The notes beneath the pieces are model-generated. The model saw nothing but the letters and a program-made list of their open reading frames with translations. It was not told where the DNA came from and ran no database searches. 64,000 bases of DNA, from the NCBI GenBank assembly GCA_030324005.1, contig JARDVH010000042.1, forward strand, positions 88,805,867 to 88,869,866, given 5' to 3'. The stretch's first letter is position 1. The number at the start of each line of letters is the position of its first letter. This stretch comes from Negaprion brevirostris (Eukaryota). This document shows positions 25,905 through 38,383 of the stretch, piece after piece. The translations under genes and the position numbers were made by a program.

Positions 25905-26086
25905 AAAAGGAAACAGGTTATCTAGTCATTATACATTACAGCATGTGGAGATTTCTATGTACAGATTGGTAGCCTTGTTTCCTACATTACAACAGTGACC
26001 ATATTTCAAAATAGCTAATTGGTTGTAAAGAGCTCTGGGGTTTCCTGATGTCTCAAAAGGCAATATTTAAGTGCAAGACTTTCTTT
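25905..26086 (+). mobile_element. Deu-domain SINE (SacSINE1-like) 3' part
   Basis: TTTCCTACATTACAACAGTGAC...ATTGGTTGTAAAGAGCTCTGGG...AAAAGGCAATATTTAAGTGCAAG. Confidence 0.7.
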
Positions 26087-28689
26087 TGCTCCTAATTAAA
26101 CCCGGGTTGGTGTTCTGATTTGATCGTAATGACAGAATGAGGTATATGCCTGGCCATGAGGTTACAGACTCTGGTAACCCTCCTGATGCCCTGCAGTGCC
26201 TCATGGATGCCCAATTTTGAGCTGTCATTTAGTGTTATGAGAAGGTAACACACAATGATACAACGTATCTTCAGTGTGGAAATAGGACATCATTTCGACA
26301 AAGTCTGTGTGGTGCACAGAAGGGTCTGTGAAAGGTGGATTTGTAAGGATGAGGCCAAGCAGGTTTTTCCCTTGTGTTAATTCTCTCACCATCTGCTGTT
26401 GGTCCAGTCTGGCAGCTATGTCCTTTACAATTCATCCAGCTCAGTCAGAGGTTCCAAGCCTCTCTGGCTGATGAACATTGGCATTTTATCCTTCTACCTA
26501 GCCCTTGCCACTCTCAGCGTAACTTCCAAGTGGTGTTCAAAATGGTTCATCAGCCAAGGGATGGTAATCAACTGGAGGTTTCCTTGACCTTCGCTTGATT
26601 TGGACTCCATGGGATCCCATGTTGAGAACTCCCAGGGCAACTGCCTCTGAATGTACCACCTCCTCTAGTGAGTGTGTCCTGCATATAGGGCAGGACATAG
26701 TCAAGGAAGGTAATGGAAGACTCTTGATTGTCATTGATTGTAAAATATGGTTTTGTGCATTTAACTATGACTTAAATCTTTTAGTCTTACCCACCTCGGG
26801 ATGGGACGGACAAATGCAAGGTCTATTGCCCTTGGGTGGGCAGAACCAGAAGGCCCCAACCTATGTCAGGCTGTTGCTACTCTTTGGGATTGCTCTCCCA
26901 GCTTTGGCATTCCAGATTCATAAAATTAACTGAATTAAAATTCCCCAAATAGCGAGGTGGAATTAGGACTCATATTTCTAACACATTATTCCAGGCCTCT
27001 GAATTACTGTTCCAGTAACAATGCTATCATACCCATTGTGGATGATTTTGAATAAGTAGACAAGATAGCCCTTTATAAGCCCATTATTCTTCGCCTGCAT
27101 TCTTCTCCATTGTTATGTCCTGCTCGCTATTCCCAAGTTTTCCTGTGATTGTTTCTCCTGAGCGTTGAAATATAAACACCTTATGCAATATGATTCAAAT
27201 GCAGTATTGTTAAATGTTTCCATTTTGTTGCCAGTAGAAGTTGGCAATTTGACTTTGGCCCTTGCATTTATCTAATGAATGTGGTCTGGAACATGTAGCT
27301 TACCACTGCTCTCTGTAATTACTAATGGAAAAAAGCAGCTTCAATGGCTGGCTGTAAGGTTTTGCTGCCAGTGTTCTTGAATTGGGAGTAGAGTGTGGCC
27401 TACATGTGCCAAGGACCCAGAAGGCTCTGCAGGCAAGTCAGTCAAGCCCTTAACTGTCTGCTTGCCTGATCCTAATGGTTTTTGGCATATCTAATAAGAC
27501 TTTACCAGAGGCAATGACAGCTACATCGGGAAGTCACCATGAGAACCAAGTGGCCTATCCTTCTATAATAAATGCATCTCCCAGCTGGAGAATACACCCT
27601 TAATATGTGCACTTATATATTTGAGAGTAGAACAGTGGGTATTTGAGACTCATGGACTTCCTCCAGAATGAACAATCCTACTCAGACAGACAGTACAGCA
27701 GGACTAGTAACCAGACTGGATCTGAGCATGGACTCTGTCAATTTATTTTACTCAACTGTAAACTATGAATCATCTGTCTTCTGACTTATTTTCAAGATCA
27801 TCTGCACTGCACTGCCTGGCTGATCCTCTATTTCTACTAAAAATGAAGAGATTNNNNNNNNNNNNNNNNNNNNNNNNNNNNNNNNNNNNNNNNNNNNNNN
27901 NNNNNNNNNNNNNNNNNNNNNNNNNNNNNNNNNNNNNNNNNNNNNNNNNNNNNGCACTGCCTGGCTGATCCTCTATTTCGACTAAAAATGAAGAGATTCC
28001 AGTTCAGCAGGATCACTATTATTACATTGGCATTCTTAGTGACATTGCCCAAATGTGCACCTGGATGATTGTTCTTCAGTAGGATAATGTTACCTGACAT
28101 AAACATTATGTACTTGCTATCAGCTAGGGTGAAGTTTACAGCTTTGCCAGCTTTCATTTTTTCTATGCTTTCCTTCAAATGATTTCCAATATAATCCTGT
28201 TGAATAAGCCTAGAAATCCATATTACTTGGGTCCATTTCAAGAGCAGGAGCCTTAATGTCAGTTGAAGATCACTTTGCCTTGCAAGTAGAACAATACTAA
28301 TGCATGAAAGCAGTGAGATTGTTTGGGATCAGCAAACTCTCTGTGGCATTGTGGACATTTTTTAATGAAATTGTACCATCCTTTGAAGTATCTACTATTT
28401 AAACTGGCTTGTCGAATTCTGGCTGCGCAGACAAATTGCAAAAACAGCATTATAACTAAATCACTTCACAATTGCATTTTTCTATACATTCTCAATTATA
28501 CAAACAAGTTAGTAATTCAAGTTACCTTACAGAAGTTGGTTAATTTCCTCATTTGCTTCCATGGGGAAGCATTTCAGGGTGAGAACAGGCACCAAATGTA
28601 CAAGATGTAGTGTAAGAGATTAACAGGATTGACTTCCTTTCAAATCCCCTTATGGCAGGCACATATCATAAATATTCATTTCTGTGTAG

Positions 28690-29125
28690 TCTAACTCAGT
28701 TGGACTTTGAATCAAAGAATTATGGGCTCAAGCCCTTGCCAGGAATTTGATCTTTCAGTCCAATAAAACATTACTGACAGAGGGAAAGCAGCAGTGTTGC
28801 AGAATCCATTTTTTAAATGAGAAGGGAAACTAAATCAGCTTTACTTTATTGGGCCAGGAATTGTATCATCCTGGCCCAATAGGATATTACAAAGGGGCAA
28901 CATTCAAAGAGGGGGAGGAACGCTTGCTGTGTTTTAGCTAATATCCCTTCCTGAATCAGCTTTGCTGAAATCAGCTGAACTAATTATGTTACTGTCAGAT
29001 TTTGTGTGAGAAAATGACTGATATTCATCTCAGCTGTCATTGCAATGAAAAGTGGTAAAATGTAAATGAAATGATGGGATATTTCTGAGACATGATTAGG
29101 TGCTGTATAAATGCATACCTTTTAT
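28690..29125 (+). mobile_element. Highly decayed Deu-domain SINE
   Basis: tRNA-like head TGAATCAAAGAATTATGGGCTCAAGCCC, TACTGACAGAGGGAAAGCAGCAGTGTTG, tail TGCTGTATAAATGCA. Confidence 0.55.
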
Positions 29126-29694
29126 ATTTTGCTCGTCTTCCAGTGTACTGCTTAAAGTCAGCCATCTTCCTAATATTTCAGGCCTATATGGTTTGCAACA
29201 GAGCACTGGCTAATTCAGTGATATCAGCTGAACCAGACATTCCTTGCAGGTCTCCTCTCCCATAAAGGGTAACCCGCCATTTTGCCCACTCCTACTGAAG
29301 CTGCAGCACAGACGTCAATAGAAGTGATCAAATTTCCTGGCATTTAGCATGGGCCACATTCAATCCAACTCATTGAAGCAAAAGATAAGGTATATCGGTA
29401 TTTATTTATTTTTAGATTTTATTTAGAGCTCTTGATTCCTGGCTTGAATTATTGCATTGACAGCTGTATCAAGTGCCTGAGCTGAGCTTCGTCTTGGATA
29501 AGGACAGGAGGACCACTTGTCACTACAGATCTTTGTGCTGCAACGACTGACAATACCTCACAATTCTGTAGAAAGCTTTTTCTCTTGACTATTATTCTAA
29601 ATCTCTTGCCTTCTATATTGCATATATTTCCTCCCCCCCAATTACTGGAAGAGGCTACATCTGCTTACATCAGCCTTGATATTCTTTCTTTCCG

Positions 29695-30097
29695 TTGTAT
29701 CACAGCTTGGTATGGTTCCTGCTCTTTCCAAGACCGCAAAAAACAACAACATATAATTCTATCTTTACTTCCCACTGCTTTGGAAAAACAGCCAGCATAA
29801 TCAAGGACCCCTCACACCCCAGACATACTCTCTTCCACCTTCCTCCGTCAGGAAAAAGATACAAAAGTCTGAGGTCACATAACAACCAACTCCACAACAG
29901 CTTCTTCACTAGTGCCATCAGACTTTTTGAATGGACCTAACTTGTATTAAGTTGATCTTTTTCTACACCCTAGCTTATGACTGTAACATTATATTCTGCA
30001 CCCTCTCCTTTCCTTCTCTATATACAGTATGCTGTCGGTAATAGGATGCAAAAAAAACTTTTCACTATGTAATACATGTGACAATAAATCAAATCAT
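29695..30097 (+). mobile_element. Rex1/Babar-like LINE 3' end
   Basis: CITAWYGSCSFQDRKK / TSHCFGKTASIIKDPSHPRHTLFHLPPSGKRYKSL; tail TGTGACAATAAATCAAATC. Confidence 0.85.
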
Positions 30098-32439
30098 AAT
30101 TTAAAATACTGTATCTCTCACATTTGACTGGAATGCATGTTTTGAACATGAAGGGATACAAAGTCAAAATGATCTGGCTCTTACCCATTCTGATTAAGGA
30201 TGCACTAAGTTTGTTTGATTTCCTGTGTTCCTAAGTGCTCATATATAATTGGCTACCTCAGTGGTTACATGCAAGCCACAAAGTACTGTGTAAATAGTAA
30301 TGGATCCTCCACTGTGTTGGTGGGAACTTCTAAGGCAATCCTTTACTCAGTAACATATACTGTTCAAATAAAGTATCCTCTTCTGTTTTTCAAGGTATTG
30401 GATGACATTTTTTCCAGGTGGCATCATCAGTTCATTGCACTATTGACATGGCACATGGTGATGGGATTTGGGTTAGTGTTAGTGGTTACAGTTAGAAACC
30501 ATTATTGAAAACACCATGATCACTGGTCTCACTCTTTCTCATTTATCTTTCACGCAGACAAATCACAAATTAAGCTCATGAATTGTTAATTCAAGGAACT
30601 TTCTTCTGAGCCCTGATTTCCCCCCTCCTTTTGCATCACTATGTTGATCACAGGAAGATGATGACATCAGACATTCAAAATTTAGCACAAGAACAAACAA
30701 TTTCAGGTTTATGCTAGTTATACTCACTCGGCCATTGCGTAGCAATATCTTCATCCAATTTCCTTCACTGGAGCTGGTTTTGCCACCATGACTATTCCCC
30801 ATATTAATACCGGTCAACTCCCATGGGGGGAGGGGGCAGTTTATGGGAAACCATAAAAAATAATCCCAGAGTTAGTCCACTTATAATTATCAAATTGCTC
30901 AAGCAAGCTCTGCAGAATTTGTTCATTTTAACCTTAGCTAAAACAGGGATGCGCAGACTCAGTGAAAACCATATGGGTTCCCAAGACCTACTGACCCTCA
31001 CAAATGAGTGGCTGCCTTTAAAAGCACTGGAGTTTAGAAAAACACAAAGACTAAAGGGACAATTATTTATTCTGCAGAATGTGATTCTCCATTGAAAATG
31101 TGACATTTTAGCCAGAATATTTTACAAGCAAAGAATTTCTGGAGCCACGTTTAATCAAAATCTGTAGCAGTTTTTCTCCAAAACTTAGATTTCGACAATT
31201 TGAAAGAATTGTACGTTCAACAGATTTGTTGGAACTGTGTCCCCAGATGTTATCCTATAAAGAAAATATGAAACTTTATCTTTGGTAGCTTTAAAAATGT
31301 GCCTGATTCTGTGATACCCCTAATGACACCAATCCATATGTAAAAAGCAGTTTCTATAGTATTTGTCGGTTTGTTTATCCAAATCCCTGTCATTCTCAAC
31401 AGCCGGCAACCAGTACATCTGGTATATGTAGAACTTCAACCCTTCCCATCCACGAACAAAAATGTTTTGGAATGTGTCATTTGGTGAACGCTCCCTTGCT
31501 GCCAAACGCCAAAAATGCCAGCTAAGAAACTGCTAACAGCAATGGAAATACAAAAGCTCCTGATCTCGCTGCTTTAGCAAATGCACGTAGAGCTTTGCCT
31601 CCCCGACCATGGTGCATCCCGTGACTGTCTCACCACGCATTCAAAGTGAACATTTATCTATTATTGAAACACGCTGACTTTGCAATTAATCTAATCAGTA
31701 CCATTTCTGCTGCTGCGGAATAATAGGTGGCTAATCGCAGTTAATGCAGTATAGTCAGCAAATCAAGCAGTTTCCTCATGTTGGGTCTTGCCTGCATACT
31801 GTTTAGTAGTCTGTAAACACCGCGGGAATGCGCAAAACGCACCACAAATGATGGCACGCAAGTAACACCAGATGTGAACTTTTTTTTACAAAACACCCTC
31901 TTTTCAGCTCACATCACACCTTTAATAACATTATTTGTTAAACACACGGGTTTGTGCCAAGGTGGCCTAACTGATAATTTTCATCTGACTGTGAAGCATT
32001 TTGCTGGTGCTGTCACGATTTGACGCATTCCACAGTGTTTCTCTACCCCCAGTGTGGTTTTGGAAGGATCCTGTTAGTGAGCCTGAACCCCAGCCCGCTC
32101 CTTCCTGCTGCTCACTGATAAACCTTGGTGGGACACAGCTCACTCCCAGTGGATTCCAATCTCACAAAGCATCCCCCCCCCCCACCAATTAACACTTCTT
32201 AAACATCATTTCTCTACTATGTATTCAAATGTGCCGCTTTTATCGTAACCATGACTACTGATCTTCGGCAAAAAATAATCATAGGATGGTGTGGATAGGT
32301 TTCCTTGTTTATCCGATGCTTTCTTTACCCTAAGGTCTGGGCGGNNNNNNNNNNCCCCCCCCCCCATCAACAACATGAAACGATATTGATTATTTGGAAA
32401 GGCGTTCACGTGGTGCACTAGCGTCTTCTGGTAAGGTTA

Positions 32440-32653
32440 TGGTGCGCTGTCTCTGAGCTCCCCTGAGATTTCAGACCTGCTGCTGCTGAAGGAGGATGAG
32501 GATGAGGCTGACTGACTGATAATGTGCATGTGTGTGAATGCTGCCTGCAGTCAGTCTCCCGGAGCTCATCCTGATGGCTGGACCGCAGCAGCAGAGTAGG
32601 AAAGAGGACAGGACATCACCCTTAAAGTCTGCCTGTTACTACTGAACATCGCG
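32440..32653 (+). other. Candidate non-coding exon 1 of SLC24A2 (start uncertain)
   Basis: GC-rich 5'UTR-like sequence ending at donor GCG|GTAAGA (32654), followed by a drop to AT-rich sequence. Confidence 0.55.
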
Positions 32654-33404
32654 GTAAGAATATATATTTCGTATAAAGTGCATGAGATTAAAGTCTTTGG
32701 AAACGTGCAGACTCTCAGGCACATGTGAACGAATTACTTTATCCAGGGATGTGTTTTGTTTTTGCACCTTCTACCGTTATTGTAACGGGATCAAATCGAC
32801 CAGATTTACAATCGATTTCACTCACGGTTCTCCAGCCCCAAGTCCAGATGGGAACATTTGATATTGTTACAAATTGACATTAGGAGTCGGTGAGCGTTGC
32901 TGTTAACCTCCTGACGGAGTCAAAACAAGATTTTATTTTTTTTAATGTACAGACTACATTAGAAAACATCAATATGTCGTGAGCTGCACCTTTCAGCAAA
33001 AGCCTATAAACATTGCAGTGAAATAATGTTGTCCGTAAAACTGTATCTGTCATTTACCCACTCCCTGGAGTAGAGAAAGCATTTGCTTTGCATCCAATTA
33101 CCCTTCAGGCTGCGGGACTCGGCTCCGCTCTCAAGATACCAAACTGTTTCTTGAATAATCGTCTCGCAGGGAATAGTGCAGCATTTCTGATGTTCACAGT
33201 TTGATTTGATCCTCCTCTGCGCCTCTGATCTCCCCGTTCAAAGACGGAAAGGGCAAAAGGAGCTGTCCTTCTGCTGTGACCTGACTTAAGGCGGTAATCG
33301 GCTCGCCCCTGATGGTCAGAAGCAAATTTGATCTGAACGTAAAACAAAATAATATCGCAACAGTCCGCGCTCCGTCTCGACTGTTTGCATTTTCAGAGAA
33401 AAAA

Positions 33405-33527
33405 ACGGAGTGGAAACGTTAACTCTATTTTTTTCTCTCTCTAGGTGCTATCAGACCCGCTGAGTTTTCCCCCCCAGCATTTCCTGTTTGTGTTACAGAT
33501 TCCAACATCCGCAGTGTTTTGCTTTCA
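33405..33527 (+). mobile_element. One arm of a hammerhead-family repeat, same family as 38384 and 60702
   Basis: GAAACGTTAACTCT...CTCTCTAGGTGCTATCAGACCCGCTGAGTTTTCC...CAGCATTTCCTG...AGATTCCAACATCCGCAGT; reverse-complement homologue of 60705-60810. Confidence 0.75.
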
Positions 33528-33799
33528 TGTTGTCATTATCTGTCCGTATTTACTCAAAGGCACTGCCGTTGAAATTGTCCTGCTTCCAGTGAAGCGTTAC
33601 AAGTGTTTTTTTTCCTCCCTCTCCCTCGGAGTTGACGTGACTGCGTCTGGTGCTGCTGCCGGACTTACTTGCCTTTGGCGGGCTGCAGATTCCCTCTTTG
33701 CCACCGCCACATCTTGCCCATGTGGACATTCTTAAATCCTTGGGCTGAGGTGATGAGAGAGTTAACTGATCTATAAAGGCCGTTGCAGTGGATCCTGAT

Positions 33800-33972
33800 C
33801 TCTCCTCTCGCTGTATTTACCAGCAGGGGGGTCACTGGATTGTGATTAAAGGCCAGAACCTTGGCTCTTGTCTCTTTCCCCTCCCTTTCTGTTTGTATGG
33901 CTCAACACCACAGAGGAGGCTGACTTTACCCGGAGCACCAGCCAGTCAGACAGCGGTCGCCTGTAGCTCCTG
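33800..33972 (+). other. Candidate alternative non-coding first exon
   Basis: TATAAAG at 33772-33778, donor CTG|GTAATG at 33973, giving a 194-nt intron to the 34166 acceptor. Confidence 0.35.
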
Positions 33973-34166
33973 GTAATGTAGATAGAGTAGCGGCACCCTT
34001 TTGTATTTTGAAGTAAATTTTGATCACGTCTAGCTCCATTGCATGTGTTTTTTTTTGTTTCAAATTAGCCTGTTCTACATCTGCTTTATGTTCAATTAAA
34101 ACTCAAGGTTTGTAAACTGGTGTTTCAATAAGCTCTTTACATTCAGTCTCACCTTGTTTCCCGCAG

Positions 34167-34347
34167 GATATTGAAGCTCACATCACCTCCACCAGCAGAA
34201 GAAGACAAGACTCATTTTAAAAGTTACTAGTTTTCTTCCCAGCGTCATGAAGACGAATAGTGTATGAAGAACATACTGCTATCAGTCAAGTTTAAAAATA
34301 CTGAGGAAAAAAAATCCTTCCCGCTTCACCTAAAGTAAAGGCCAACC
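34167..34347 (+). other. 5' UTR part of the first coding exon of SLC24A2
   Basis: Acceptor CTCACCTTGTTTCCCGCAG|G ending at 34166; in-frame TAA at 34336-34338; start context CCAACCATGG is a strong Kozak. Confidence 0.8.
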
Positions 34348-35289
34348 ATGGATTCCAAAAGCTTGAAGAGTGAGGCAGTGGAGCAGGGTGTTTGGTGCAG
34401 GGGACAGCAACTTTCTTCGGCGGGCCGGGCATTCCGAAGGCATAAGCAGCAAATGATGAGGAAGCTGAGGCTCCCGCGGATTGTGGGCTTTTTCCTGGGT
34501 CTGTTGGCGCTCTGCGCCTTTTCCCTCCTTTTCAGTGCCTTCGTCTGCACGTCAGCCAACCGAGAGGCTCCCCAGATTAAACGCAGAACTCTGCTGGGGT
34601 TCGAGGAAAAGCAGAAATTTTCCAAGCTTCAGAACTACACCCCCAAATCCGACCTCACTCCAAAGTACGAAGTGCGGGCAGCCACCCTCTCCCTCAACAA
34701 CGAAACGAATGGAGACTATCCTCGCGACATCATTTCGCTGGCTGAAAGAAGGAAAGGAGCGGTGGTCCTCCACATCTTAGGCATGATTTATATGTTCATA
34801 GCCTTAGCCATAGTGTGCGATGAATTTTTTGTACCCTCATTGGCAATTATCATTGATAAGCTGCAGATTTCGGATGATGTGGCAGGGGCAACTTTTATGG
34901 CGGCTGGTGGGTCAGCGCCAGAACTCTTCACTTCTTTAATAGGAGTTTTTATATCTCATAGCAATGTTGGGATTGGGACCATAGTGGGCTCTGCGGTCTT
35001 CAACATCCTATTTGTAATTGGGATGTGTGCTGTATTCTCCAAAGAAATCCTGCACCTCACCTGGTGGCCACTGTTCAGAGATGTGACCTTTTATATTATT
35101 GACCTAATTTTGCTTATCCTTTTCTTCCGGAATAATATCATCGTTTGGTGGGAGAGTGCAATTTTGTTGTTCGCCTATGGATGCTATGTGGTCTTCATGA
35201 AATTCAACTTTGTGCTAGAACGATGGGTGAAAAAGAAGTTGAACAGGAACAAAGTGGTGGAGGCAACAGCAACAGAAAGCGATGAGAAG
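34348..35289 (+). CDS. SLC24A2: Sodium/potassium/calcium exchanger 2 (NCKX2), first coding exon, 314 aa: N-terminal hydrophobic segment, extracellular loop, TM1-5 with alpha-1 repeat; CDS continues beyond the window
   Basis: GDYPRDIISLAERRKGAVVLH, GMIYMFIALAIVCDEFFVPSL, DDVAGATFMAAGGSAPELFTSLIGVF, NVGIGTIVGSAVFNILFVIG, LTWWPLFRD are NCKX1/2 signatures. The short N-terminal loop, RKLRL.R..G.F.GL leader and NRNKVV end favour NCKX2. Phase-0 donor AAG|GTACAG at 35290. Confidence 0.95.
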
Positions 35290-37920
35290 GTACAGGCATT
35301 TAATTTTTAAATTGATTGTAACAGAGTTTAAAGAATTGCCCTCCCTGGTGCCAATGAGCCTTGTGTGAGGACGGCAAGACTGGACTTCCAGAGTTATGAG
35401 ATTTTGCAATTAACGAAGTGTAATTGTTGCACTGAGAATGAGCCTCTGTGTTGACAAGGATATAAATTTTGTAATAGCCAATGTTATCATTTTTTTAAAT
35501 ATGTGGAGACAATTTCCACATGTCTGATTAAATCCTTCAGTGTATGGATGATACTTTTGGCCATAATGTGACATAAATTTTGTATTCAGTCTATGCCCTA
35601 CCACAGAAATCTGTCTAGCCGTAAATTCAATGTTTGGATTTGGGCACATTGGTATCAACAATTGGAGCATGACTAAAACAAAAGCATTGTCAAATTATCA
35701 GGCCATGAGACTTGCTGTACTTTTGACTAGTTTATACTCTGTAGGTGCTCAAAAATTGATATGAGCCCTGAATAATTAGCTACAATTCTCAGCAAGTCAT
35801 CTAAAAACAAATATAACCGTCACTGGAATTTTAGCCAAGTGGTCCACTTCTTTAGAATAAATGCACATTTGTGTTTGAGAAGTCAAAGCCACATTTAAAA
35901 ATTCAGAATAATGGAAATGGGATTATTCTACACTGTACTTATTGATCACTTGAAGGCCACAATGTTGCACTGTATAGGAAATGTGAGAAAAATCACACTG
36001 ATATGGTCGAGAACGATCCATTTCTAGCATAGGCTCAGGATAAGGATGTTAGAGCAGAATAGGGGAGCTCTAATTTTGATCTGTTGTACGGTATTTGAAG
36101 AGGATGGTTGTTCCTAATTTAGGTTTGCCAGAATGTTTTAATTTCCAGCACTGAAATAACTTTTGGCATGTAATTCTGCTTTATCAATTGTTAACTTTTT
36201 AAAGGAAAGGAAGCTGTAGTTTCTCTTTTTGTCTGTCTTTCTTTTGTTCTATACAAATGAATCTTTTTGAAGGGGTTGTGCATTTATCAAAATTCATCTG
36301 CACATATTAACCCTTTTCATGCAAAACTTGCCTGGATTAAGATCTGACCAAGTTAGAACGATATGTACATAGAATGTTGTCACAGAAGCCAACTATTTGA
36401 AATGCACATGAATTTTAATTTTACCGTTTTTGGCGAGGATAATGTTCCTGTCCTCTGATCTCTATGCTGTTCCAGGCTTTAACTCTTAAGCTTTTGAGAT
36501 GCAGGTGATTCTTTGCAATTTTCCATCCCTCTTTGAACAGAAGTACTTGTTCCCTGCTCGCTGGCTTGCCAGGATACTCTGGTTGAGATATGTAACCTGG
36601 GAGACAATCCACATATACATTGCCGCAAAACATCAGAGCTTTGAAACATCAGTGGTGTTTCCACACTTCTCCAATTCACATATTCTTAAATGATGGCTTG
36701 CTACAGTGTACACTGTTCTTTCATTAGCAAACTGCAGCCAACAGTTAAGAGCTCAGTTAATAAAGTATTTTAATATGGCCCTTGCCCACCTTTTGAGTTT
36801 GACCCTTTGCACTGTTATCAGTAATTTATCAGTAATTTCCACACTGATGTAGTCAATATTAGCAACTTGGAGGGTGGTACAACGTATAGGTGGCCAGGCT
36901 AAAGGCAACAACTTGAGCTTTGAATATTACTGCATGTGCAGTAAGAGTTTTGGAGAAAATTGCATGTTTGAATCTGTGCAGAAACATAATACGATGATCG
37001 CGATGACATTATTTATTGCGTGTTACTTATTACTTTGTTGGTGCAGTATTAAGAATTCAGCTGAGATGGGCTGACTTTGTGGCGGTTGGAGTATGAGATT
37101 TTGACTTCGGTGAGAACTATGCAAGTCGGCAAGGTCTCAGGCAAAGTCTAAATTGGGGGAATGGATTTGGAAATTAATAGCTCTCCCAAGGGCAAGGCTC
37201 TGATGTGTGAGGCACTGTTGGCTGTGTTAATATATTTAGAGGACTTCCTGTTGACTACTTGCACAATACTGTATGTCAAAACATCTATGATCTAATTTGA
37301 CTAGATCAGCTTTTTTTGTATTTTTAGAAATCCAAGGACTCAAAGTTGTACAGCATTTGGGAGTTTAACATTGACCAATTGTCAGGTTATGCTGAATTAC
37401 AAAAAATATCTCCAAGGGGAATTGCAGATCTGCCTGACAATTCAGCCACATCATCTGCTCAGAAGGGATTCTGTTGTTGTTGGTTCTACAGTGATTAATA
37501 CCTTGAAATAAACATAAAATTGGTAGCACAGATCTCGAAGTTACTGGTTACTGAGCAAAATTTAATTCAGTACTGCTATCAATCTACATTTGCATTTTCA
37601 ACTTCTCTGTGTTATGTTCATAATTGTTTTTGTTTTTCAACATGTTTTTCTATTGTCAGAGGTGTCCATTATTGGCTAAACATCTTTCTTAACAATTAGA
37701 TTTGTAATATAATGATGGTCTATAGGTCAAATCATTATTAGCACTAAAATTGCAAATACCTGGATCATCATTTGGGTGTGCCGGGTGATAAACAGTAGAA
37801 AAACCTCTGTTAACAGTATGTTGCGAGGCAGGGACACATTGAGACCCTCAGTTTACATTCAGCTACAAGAGTGAAGTTATACTTTACTAATATCACCACT
37901 ATCTTGAAATTTGATGTTGT

Positions 37921-38262
37921 GAGGGGCACAGTGCTTAGCACTGCTGCCTCACATCGCCAGGGATTCAGGTTTGATTCCTGGCTTGGATCACTGTCTCTGC
38001 GGAGTTTGCACGTTCTCCCCGTGTTTTCTCCGGGTGCTCTGGTTTCTTCCCACAGTCCAAAAATGTGCAGGTTGGGTGCATTGGCCATGCTGAACTGCCC
38101 CTTAGTCCAAAAATGTGTAGGTTAGGGGGATTAGTGGGGTAAATGCATGGAAATATAGGATGGATGGGTTGGCAGGGGAGTGGACCTGGGTAAAATGCTC
38201 TGTTGGAGAGTTGGTGCAGCCTCTGAGCCAAACAGCCTCCTGCACTGTAGGGATTCTATGAT
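37921..38262 (+). mobile_element. HE1-type V-SINE, full length
   Basis: GGCACAGTGCTTAGCACTGCTGCCTCAC head, V core, tail TGCACTGTAGGGATTCTATG. Confidence 0.9.
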
Positions 38263-38383
38263 CCGACATATCATCGTCTGACGTACTTATTCTGTGTATA
38301 ATTAAGGACTGCTAACTGTTATTGCTGGTAAAAGCAGCAATGAACAACAGGCTTGCATTACCAAATCAAATGATGCGATGCAT

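Larger units (their letters stand above)
31500..34770 (+). promoter_or_regulatory. CpG-enriched promoter/5' region of SLC24A2
   Basis: CpG dinucleotides visibly much more frequent than in the flanks; few repeats; lies directly 5' of the coding exon; E-box CACGTG at 32407-32412, CRE-like TGACGTGA at 33633-33640. Confidence 0.65.

Noticed and set aside
27805-28000. Direct repeat GCACTGCCTGGCTGATCCTCTATTTC... on both sides of an N run
   Set aside because: Duplicated flanks of a ~100-N gap are most likely unmerged contig overlap or haplotype artefact.
34348-35289. SLC24A1 (NCKX1) identity
   Set aside because: The short N-terminal loop and the leader and exon-end sequences fit NCKX2 better; phylogeny or synteny would confirm.
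35290-35310. VQAFNF* as the true C-terminus of a 320-aa protein
   Set aside because: NCKX proteins need the cytoplasmic loop and alpha-2 half; a splice donor at 35290 explains the ORF end.
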